From Salisapilia sapeloensis CBS 127946 (lineage: Eukaryota; Protista; Oomycota), in the NCBI GenBank assembly GCA_023334545.1, contig JAADVB010000086.1:2643-66642 (forward strand): a stretch of DNA of 64,000 nt. Reading direction: 5' to 3'. Below are positions 57,401 to 64,000 of this stretch, in pieces. Positions within the stretch are counted from its first letter, which is position 1, and each line of letters begins with the position of its first letter. The notes below the pieces were generated by a model that saw only the letters and a program-made list of their open reading frames with translations, did not search any database and was not told the DNA's origin. The position numbers and the translations under genes were made by a program.

Positions 57401-60025
57401 TCCGTTGCCGTCCTTGTCGATGTCATTAAACAGCTGACGGAGACGGTCGAGAATGATCTTCATCTCCGCGTCACGACGTAGTTGCTCTTGTTTCTTTCGA
57501 CTTTCGAGGTTCATCTGCGCATGCTCCGGCGTGGTCATTTCAATCGACGAGAGCGAGTTGATGCAAGACGCCAGGAGTGCGAGACTTAGATCAGAGAAAA
57601 CCATGACTACGTCTGGCATGTCCAACGTGATCTGCTGCTTGCAAAGGTTTTCATCTTCCTTGTCCTTGTCGAGAGAAATGTTCATAGTCATGCTCGTGGG
57701 GACGAGGATGCTCTCGGCGTCCTTGGAGCCTTCAAAGTAGAAGGCTTCCATACCAAAGCGTGGCGCGTGGAGCGTCATGAGTTCATTATTGTAGTCACTC
57801 TCGAGGTGGAAGGCAAAGCTTAGAGGCAGCTCGATGCGACTGTCCACTCCAGTGACGCTCGTGTGTCGGCTGACATCGAGTCCGGTGGAGATGGCGTCTG
57901 AAAATGATGGAGAAGGCACGAGGACGGTGTAGCAGTCGTTCATCTTGAAGTCAATGTCGAGCAGCATGCCGCCTAGGAGACTGAAGGGAGACAGGTTGGA
58001 CACCTGCTGCTCATGATTAGCTCCATCCTCTTTGATTTGTTGCTGCACCACAGCGTCAGGTGTTTGTTCTGACACCGAGACGGCAGGTCGAGCAGCCGCC
58101 ATGCGCTTCATCAAGTTGGTTGTCAAGCGATCCACGTAGAGTAGGAAGACTTCAAGTGGGCCAGCAGCTGCCACGAGTCGAACGTGGTTCAATGACGTAT
58201 CAATCTCCATCTCGCCGCTTTCATACTGGATGTAGCCAGCAGAGAAGAGTTGCGACTTGGTGCCGTTCGACATGAGACTCAAGTCTCCGTACATGAGCTT
58301 CGAGTCTGGAGAGGCAGCTGGTCCGACGGAGACAGAAGCGTCCGTGACGCTGAACTTGACTTGCTCAACGTCCATTTCGATCTCCATCACCTTGGCTTCG
58401 GGTCCGGATGGCACGGTGTGGGAGGCAAGAGCAATGTCCGCACCGATTAGCGTTAGCTCTGCCATGTGCTTCTGGTACTCGACGAAGCACAGCTTGAAGT
58501 GACTGAGAACGAGTCCAATCTCCATCGTCCGGAACATGATGTTCTCTACCTTTGCTGCGTTCTTCTGGATAATGTACATGCAGTCGCTCTTGTCTAGTCC
58601 GTCTTGCGTACGTGACTCGTCTAGATCAAAGTACTTGTTCAGCTCGAGTGCTTTCGTGCGTCCGCGTAGGACGGAGTTCAAATGCATGGACTGTTCGATC
58701 TTGGTCAATCTTTCCTTATCCTTTTCCGACAGCTTTTCTCTCTTGGCAGAGTTGTTCACTTGGAACTCCTTATCCTCATCATTGACCGATCGTTGCATCG
58801 ACTCTTCCATTTCACTCACACGGAGAGAGTTCACAAGCGCTTGGTGGTTCATATACGGTACCAAAATATCTCCAATCACACACGTGAGCATCTCTCGTGC
58901 CACGTTCATATTACTGATCTCGGGCATAGTCAGGTCGACATCACACAAGCGTTTGTCCAACGAGATCGGGTACAGATTCTGCACTAGCCCGAGGACGCGA
59001 GCGAGAGGTGGCACTTCAGCGTTCAGGCGGATTTCTGGGAAATGCATGAGCGTGGCTTCATCTTCCAGCTCTTCCTTTTGTCGAGTCTGCGACCCACGTG
59101 GAAGCTTCCCAGCAACGATCTTTACTTGCTTTAAAGATGTGGCGTATTTGACTCGAACGTCTTCCGACGAAAGTACTTTTTCCAATGCTTCCTCTCGATC
59201 ACCATCGTGCTGAATCATTGAGAGCATGTCGAAAGACTCGAGGCAGATGCGTAGTTGCGTAAGACGCATGTCATCGTCCAACTTGATCGAGCTTTCTGAC
59301 ACGGTGTCGGCGTCACTCGACTGGCTTACCTCTCCATCCGGCTCCGTCGTGACCTCACCACTCACATTCTTCGGATCAGCAGTGACGATCACATTCACAT
59401 CGTGCGAATGGAAATCGACTTGCGAGAGCACGAGCTGCAGCACGCGGTCATAGTACGAGTACGCTTTCTCCGAATTGTCCTCCGAGGCGTTCGACTCTTG
59501 TTCCTTTGCTCTAGTCTCGTCTATGGTTTTAATCGAGAGCAACTGGTTAATCAGCCCGTCTGCCTCTGCGAGCTTCATGCGCACAGCATCTTCAATCGTG
59601 AACGCATCCGTCGCGTCTGGATTTAGCGTCGAGACACGCACGCGCACTCCTTTCACTTCAACCACAAGACGCCACGTCGATGCAAGCCTCACAACAACTT
59701 CATCGACTTCCACCGCTTCAACATCAATCGGTGCAAGTCCATCCTTGCAAAAGTTAAGCGTCCGAAGGAATTCACGTTGAATCTTAATTGCATACAATAA
59801 GATCGAAACACCTCGCGCTTCTTCCTTTTCCGTCGCTGAGTTATGTTTTCGAACATGAACTGGATCCAGTGAGTATTCGACTTGCAACCCTGACTGCAAG
59901 TACGTTCCGCCAAAGCGTGCAACGAGACTCGAGAGCAACGGAAACACCGTGTAGCGTGCAAGTGTCGGGACGACGCATAGTGACAGCGGTACGAGTACGG
60001 ACACGAGTGCAACTAGGAAAAACAT
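51488..60025 (-). CDS. VPS13: VPS13-family bridge-like lipid transfer protein with an N-terminal hydrophobic segment, an EF-hand pair and two C-terminal C2 domains
   Basis: About 2850-aa intronless ORF. VAB/SHR-BD-type repeats (SPYWIINDT, PRYVLQNRL, PPYRIENFT), the VPS13 C-terminus (FQLDNML..FPV, VVGSADIIGNPVGLV, GIVTKPVEGAMKGGVGG), EF-hands DIDKDGNGHIEPDEL and EIDTDGNGNIEFDEL, and C2 domains. Likely start MFFLV at 60025. Confidence 0.92.
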   Translation of the reverse strand: MFFLVALVSVLVPLSLCVVPTLARYTVFPLLSSLVARFGGTYLQSGLQVEYSLDPVHVRKHNSATEKEEARGVSILLYAIKIQREFLRTLNFCKDGLAPIDVEAVEVDEVVVRLASTWRLVVEVKGVRVRVSTLNPDATDAFTIEDAVRMKLAEADGLINQLLSIKTIDETRAKEQESNASEDNSEKAYSYYDRVLQLVLSQVDFHSHDVNVIVTADPKNVSGEVTTEPDGEVSQSSDADTVSESSIKLDDDMRLTQLRICLESFDMLSMIQHDGDREEALEKVLSSEDVRVKYATSLKQVKIVAGKLPRGSQTRQKEELEDEATLMHFPEIRLNAEVPPLARVLGLVQNLYPISLDKRLCDVDLTMPEISNMNVAREMLTCVIGDILVPYMNHQALVNSLRVSEMEESMQRSVNDEDKEFQVNNSAKREKLSEKDKERLTKIEQSMHLNSVLRGRTKALELNKYFDLDESRTQDGLDKSDCMYIIQKNAAKVENIMFRTMEIGLVLSHFKLCFVEYQKHMAELTLIGADIALASHTVPSGPEAKVMEIEMDVEQVKFSVTDASVSVGPAASPDSKLMYGDLSLMSNGTKSQLFSAGYIQYESGEMEIDTSLNHVRLVAAAGPLEVFLLYVDRLTTNLMKRMAAARPAVSVSEQTPDAVVQQQIKEDGANHEQQVSNLSPFSLLGGMLLDIDFKMNDCYTVLVPSPSFSDAISTGLDVSRHTSVTGVDSRIELPLSFAFHLESDYNNELMTLHAPRFGMEAFYFEGSKDAESILVPTSMTMNISLDKDKEDENLCKQQITLDMPDVVMVFSDLSLALLASCINSLSSIEMTTPEHAQMNLESRKKQEQLRRDAEMKIILDRLRQLFNDIDKDGNGHIEPDELLPLLRSVNIGESLLESEMHYFVKMLFNEIDTDGNGNIEFDELCAFLRTDVSTQEASRAVGEFDGSGHLDGKLDLRAGEYRFEDVIDDLCGANLSSNEDFEKYLEQEDVQEKFWQLYTKETGAKRHELGAQSPLDLQKKLVRLLKNWEAARSVYEKLVIPNLDSRQRQSDIHQWMLQASTRCGGVSEYQSAARLVAKKKRESIFANALTESEHLMQQSRDNCDAPKKKLEFITKCNFGTVHVLLMDPELPDKFHRGDFAIQDIKFSINLWAGDIDAHKPMDWTGVLTSSESEWTMLFGMQLIASCYSDVGDCMEDVIEPWELVAALSSGKGENGVAVLMEAAKRFQINVTPSLLKLYRALMDVLDGEAEHASVQKHEEAVQRALSAQEKRDATCAIENRTGCKVTLQLNEGSEKVEIDADDVAYTGQSAIVAGKASLKYLAVESWGETQGKVDLPEFGRVNVRVQTKGSKPETLLLSVAAYLDKSQEQRLVLESGLTLCNHTSEAYEVKYLIQGGEGRQAYTSDKVSLLSNQRMSLPATAAMGITEIYARPLHSDQWIVHGSLDGDNMTSLEAVQGLDQFEKERQEKVKSKRGGRIVYAENEDTSTHLVQMLTPNLRLRRWHLRSHIEFETSLLPPFVVRNALPYDLEYRFVEYKASGSTNPREEFTRLKKLLHADTLEEDTDIMCGIVSSGRDGEVAGVSTFSPGYISVRLVSKHEGSSKSRQTFYSDWCNPMLMAVHVESEHFTTNKPERVDLGSGIAFNADRLSLLGLPRLLRLSSPYWIINDTSFDLGCASTSPSDKKRDFKEMERAKSFQQPILASLEHDRVSVKPVGVRGSKPDSWRSLGKVSDAAFSSSALETSLADAGWTDPMNTTTINTVGEAYSGSNVLAVKVEGLYGTFERSIALTFGPRYVLQNRLKQKVWVQAVSSHETDVEKVDKHFHARKSEEATVAMSSLEDQETTPLYAFRPLEKNVDMATCSKYMSVSFSDSWGDRSDKEWSFCIPVGSAGDMHIQMYSSARQRYLICQASVQVIDMQVYVTLTDVSVAPPYRIENFTPFTVECAQLGDSSFLSGAKREDSSTVEAGGWHSFAWYNPLAKEHNVEVHLTHPGGETVKQQVELDDVGYHDPMEMKIKRPGVQDEHNSSAMDKVEISVQVAVDGGTRVLTFVETAQEMQRLEDQNSSELDEFQQRKVLFASSIDVRIAGFGLSLFDGLPQEVLFASCDVIEVEKKPSTLTWSFSILHFQLDNMLHSAKFPVIVNPVKSGFSDRRNKTPTPVLQFALDADVSAKVGVYKLMDLQLGALAVKLDIDYLLKLVKLVDPYLVSDTTVYRASMATLDKTLHEPLPPVPAIQVTSDGSLEHHLVYFDAFRIHAMSFSLQYEISRRGIVQTTTGNGRSIIMGFLGQIVGLIGSNMSGSPNFKFSEILIVRCFSTMERLQNQLVQNYVRQAVWQAYRVVGSADIIGNPVGLVEDLGSGVVEFLKITKNEVTGQADTRGEGVKMLGQTFARSGISTVEKITGSLDRFVSNLSDSEEEEEEEAYQQEESSSGTGFAALDGGLNFAKNFGKGITGIVTKPVEGAMKGGVGGLVSGVVKGVTGPGVVILKQVTSTSHGLAMGVQSTMVDRSPFGGRRRSTKLVDDGKVIDDFDDEHYEPKKLDLQIVGAKGLLAGNSCDPFCVVRIDDKEILATKILYNTLNPDWQERTQYALKGSEQTASFIVKDSYGGTIARKFGKVTIPMKQLQKDFSEPEYSSDLDAWVKTGEKPKDLKQNVSRAVAEKEYTLLTSDKPKRTGDYQVIVTILHISNLELPNVENQGQEGKLNKTRPYMTVKVGRHSSETKTSKLRMSGTKKGRENSVVWNDAFTFALKAKDYKDAEKDPYIDLTLKDDGTWKDVKLGFASPPLRLPKENEEASERTEQIPLKEKEDGSGKVVGYVSAKVQVLSASAVGATDDASRVGTVVVSCKFE

Positions 60026-60192
60026 GGCGTATGTCTTGCCTTGGAATCCCCAGAGGAAAAGTGTGCGGAATGGAGAGTGAATGTTCAACCTCGAGATCTT
60101 TCCTCTCGGCTTCAGATCGCGGAATGAGATGGAAAACGAGGTAACTCAGGTGAGGTTGTACGAAAGTTGCTTGGATACCGTCAGGTTGCTGG

Positions 60193-60705
60193 ATGACGCA
60201 CTTGAGACGGATGAAGCAGGTCACGCTGGCGCTGTTATGGCGACGGAGTGGGAAGGAGGTGAAGCAAGTGCTGTTGGGTATGAAGAAGAGAGGACATGGG
60301 ATGGGCAAATGGAATGGGTTTGGTGGGAAAGTTGAGGAGTCCGATGCGAGTGTCGCGGCGGCGGCAGCGAGAGAGATTGAGGAAGAGTGTCGAGTGGTCG
60401 TGCGAGAGCAGGATTTGGAACATCGAGGTGTGCTCAGGTTCTCGTTTGAGAACAGTGTCAAGTCGTTTGAGACGCATATCTACATTGCGGAGGTTTTTAC
60501 AGGTGAGCCGATGGAGACGGAGGAGATGAGGCCGCACTGGTATAGCGTCGAGGAGATTCCGTACGATGAGATGTGGACAGATGACAAGTTGTGGCTGCCG
60601 CATATACTACAAGGCAAATCTGTTGATGGAGAATTCCACTTTGAAGAAGATGAAGCAACCATCATAAGTCAGCATTTGGAAGTGATAGATACCCCGAAGG
60701 CGTAG
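60193..60705 (+). CDS. NUDT1: 8-oxo-dGTP pyrophosphatase (MTH1-like Nudix hydrolase)
   Basis: VLLGMKKRGHGMGKWNGFGGKVEE..AAAREIEEE, ETEEMRPHWY..IPYDEMWTDDKLWLP. Confidence 0.93.
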   Translation: MTHLRRMKQVTLALLWRRSGKEVKQVLLGMKKRGHGMGKWNGFGGKVEESDASVAAAAAREIEEECRVVVREQDLEHRGVLRFSFENSVKSFETHIYIAEVFTGEPMETEEMRPHWYSVEEIPYDEMWTDDKLWLPHILQGKSVDGEFHFEEDEATIISQHLEVIDTPKA

Positions 60706-60789
60706 GATGCTGTTCATTGCTAAAAACAATCAATCTGCGTTTGTCATTCTCTATCTACTGACCAGAGCTGTACAATAATAAATACATAT

Positions 60790-61390
60790 ATGAATATACT
60801 TTAAGTGATTTGGCCGCGTTCGTGCTGAATGCCGACTCGGCAACTTTGGGGAGTTGCTTGTTGTAACCCTGTTCATGATATTCGAATCGGGTCATTCCTC
60901 GGTTGCTGACAATAGTCGACTTTGCTTTGCTACCTACCACTGGAAGCTCAAGGTAGCACTTTAATATAGTTTTACCGTCAAACGAGGAGTATGAATTCAA
61001 GCGATCGTTCGTCTTTGATGCAATCAGGAAGAAACGATCTTTGAGAAGACTTCAAGCCACGCCGGATGCTCGAAATGTGCAAATTTGTAAAAGCGCGCTA
61101 ACGACTTGGTGAGCTCTTCGTTTTACTTGCGCTATTGAGCTCTTCGCTATTATTTCAGAACATACAAAGTACAGTGGTGGACGGAGCAGTTTATCGATAT
61201 TTGTAAATCACACTGTACTCGTCCCAGTGAAATGGCGAACAGCTCAATGTTGCAAGTAAATCGCATGCAACTTCAACCTGAAGAGCTACTGAGGATACGC
61301 TTGACACTATTCCCCACCAAGGCATGATAGAGGAACGGATGATACACACGGATAGGAATAGAAAGATATATAGCGACGTAAGAGCAGGAC
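60790..61390 (+). mobile_element. Second, internally deleted copy of the degenerate repeat at 33.5-34.35 kb
   Basis: Shared strings such as GATGCTCGAAATGTGCAAATTTG, CATACAAAGTACAGTGGT.GACGGAGCAGTTTATCGATATTTGTAAATCACACTGTA and CAAACGAGGAGTA. It is an AT-rich insert between convergent genes. Confidence 0.7.
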
Positions 61391-61688
61391 AAACCACCAA
61401 AAACTCAGGCATTTATTCCTATTACGGTGTTTACGTGTTTGTTTTCACAATGCCTAATGTTGCTTGCTCAACACCCAACTATCTGCTCAACGAAGACAGC
61501 CTGAGTTTATTTGCTACTTAATTATGTTTCCATGAGAGAAATGAATGAAAAAATATTTGAGCAGTCTTGTACCAACTATCATGTATGGACGCATTCAAAG
61601 AGGAGGCTAGTATATTGTAGAAACATCGAAACAAGAGTAAATCATAGCCATGTCTTTTGTCATTCCCTTCTTCTTCACGTCGTAACAC

Positions 61689-63680
61689 TTAAAGCCTGGA
61701 GGAAATGATCTGGTGATAGTTCTCCGACGTCAAACGCTCATACGTTCCCGTCTTGGAGTTCATCACCCACAGTGCATCCATTACTTGGGAAGGATCCATG
61801 CCTTGCTTCCGTAGCTTCACCTTCTCTTGTTTCATCGTTCCAGTCATGGAAATCTCGTCCAATTTTCTCAAAAACAGTGGCACGGCGTACGATGGTAACT
61901 TGGCACGTGCATACTCGGCAAACTTATTCAAGTCAAACTTTTCTTCGTCAAAGACAATCGCAGCCATGCAAGCTCGTCCATCATTCCCAGGAACCTGCAC
62001 TCCATATACACAGATGTCCTTTAGTCCCGGAAACGCTGAGACAGCTTCCGACACTTCCCCCGTCGCAACATTCTCGCCTTTCCACCGGAACGTATCTCCA
62101 ATACGATCGACAAAGTGCCATTTCTTGCCTTTGTCAATACAGAACAAGTCGCCCGTACGAAAGTACTTGTCTCCATTCACAAATACGTTTTGCAAAACCT
62201 TTTCTTCCGAAGCTTTTTCGTTCCCATAGTACCCTCGAAACTCTCGTATGGGGTCATTATTTTTCAGCTTAATGATGAGCTCACCTGTTTCGCCATACCC
62301 ACAACGTTGCAAGAAGCCTCGACGATCCTTGATATGTTTCTCACCATCGACATCGTACTTGACAATGGCTGAGCCAGACAAGAACGAAAAGAGAGCTCCT
62401 CTACGACCGAGATGACCTTGGTCATCTGGACTCTTACACGCATGTAAGAGACCCATGTGACCTTCCGTCGATCCGTAGAACTCGTAGACTTCTGGGATGT
62501 TAAATCGCTCTTGGAAGGATGCCCAGACGTCTGGTCGGAGGCCATTGCCAAACGCTGCGCGTACAGGATTCTGCTTGTCTTTGACGTCCTTTGGCGCGTT
62601 GAGCAAGTAGCGACACATTTCACCAATGTACTGTATGATCGAGGCTTCATACGACCTCACTTCCGACCAGAACGATGTGACGGAGAAGCGACGAGAGATA
62701 CAGAGAGTCGCGCCGGACAAGATCATGACACCAACAGACAAGTTGCCACCAGAAGTGTGGTACAAGGGTAGAGGACAGTAGATACGATCGCTCTTGGTGA
62801 CACGCATGTCATAGTAGAAGGATAGAGCACGGACTTGGATACTTGCGTGGGTTACACGAGCTGCTTTGGGGAGACCAGTGGTGCCGCTTGTGTAGATGAG
62901 CAGCGCAGTGTCCGTCGTCTGGATGCTTCTGCGGTGCATACGAAGGACACGAGATGGATTCGACTTGGCTAGTTGGGCATCCCACGACTGAGCAAACGTA
63001 TATTTACTTGCAGACGCATCGAACGGCGTCACACCTACATAATATCATTAGCAGCTAGTCGATAGAGCTAGAGAGAGGTACATACCGTCCCCACAGACGT
63101 AGCATTCCATATTCGGGAGCTGATCTTGCGCTCGAGCGAAGCTTTCGAGCATTTCGACACCGACGATGACTTTCGATGCGTTCGAGATGCGAAGGCAGTG
63201 GACCAACCCATCCGTCTGGAGATGGGTATTGATCAATGCCGTGACGATCCCTGCTTTGGCCAGTCCAAGCCAGACCATGACGTACTCTAGTCGATTCTGC
63301 ATCATCAACGCTACAGTCTGACCAGGCTGTAGACCACTGTCGATGGCCCAATGCGCTACGCGATTCATCCACACGTCCGCCTCTGCAAACGTAATCCGAC
63401 GGTCTCCAAAGGCTATGCAGTCCTTCATCGGCCACTTGTCCACCGATTCTTCAAACAGATCGGATACTAGAATCTGGTTCCGGAGATAATACCGAGTGTA
63501 ATACGCCGTGAACGGGTAGAACCAAGAGCCTTGAACATCGGCAGACACGAGCAGTCTCGAGTCCGCCCAATACCCCAGCGCCGTCGCTGACGACACTGCC
63601 AGTAATTTCTTCGGTACACTTTCCCATAGACGCTGTGCTTCCGGTTGCCAGCGCTCCAGTTCCTTCACGACTCGCTCCAT
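61689..63680 (-). CDS. Very-long-chain acyl-CoA synthetase / fatty acid transport protein (SLC27A/FATP), 2 exons
   Basis: LIYTSGTTGLPKAA, LPLYHTSG, QYIGEMCRYLL, YEFYGSTEG, YFRTGDL, DRIGDTFRWKGENVATGEV; one short intron near 63035-63085. Confidence 0.93.
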
Positions 63681-64000
63681 CTTCTTACCACGGATGTAAA
63701 TTCGATTCTAAAGCGATTTATCACGACAAAACCAACCTTGGACCGTAATGACTTGCTTTTACTATACACGCCCCACGTGACTTTATGAACGCGAGCAGGT
63801 ACAAAAGTGACGTAATCAAGCATTCGAAAATATAAAAAATGGCCAAATGGGGTTCGAAAAACGCATCATCTTCGTTATATTGGTTTGGTTCATAGAGTAG
63901 AGGCTAGGAGACGCTTCGGATGAGGTGCATCGAAAGGAATCCGTAGGCTCTAGAAAGACATCAAGTCGGAGGAGAGGTGGGAACGAAGACGTGCGGCGGC

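Noticed and set aside
1-64000. rRNA, tRNA, CRISPR arrays or viral hallmark genes
   Set aside because: None recognised. The periodic structure at 35-40 kb is exon-intron periodicity, not a repeat-spacer array.

Overview
Eukaryotic DNA, almost certainly from an oomycete: it carries a GPCR-PIP kinase fusion, a TKL receptor kinase and short GT-AG introns of about 40-70 nt. Two gene-dense, GC-richer blocks (about 1-32.8 kb and 50.2-64 kb) hold housekeeping genes, many in head-to-head pairs under 170 bp apart: PME-1, THOC2, an SLC35A transporter, VPS29, a CASTOR-like protein, METTL6, ADCK1, GPCR-PIPK, ERGIC3, galactokinase, a trypsin, VPS13, NUDT1 and FATP. Between them lies a visibly AT-richer island of about 17 kb that looks nearly empty in the ORF track. 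Reading its minus strand by hand shows two tandem, decayed leucine-rich-repeat genes. Nearly every 20-24 aa LRR sits in its own 60-72 nt exon bounded by phase-2 introns, and the two paralogues differ by a duplicated 4-exon block. The island also contains one intact intronless ankyrin / 18-aa-repeat / hydrophobic-hairpin gene bracketed by near-identical 370-bp direct repeats, plus transposon-like and pseudogene relics. All family assignments are from motif recognition by eye; no database searches were run, and exon boundaries are manual predictions.
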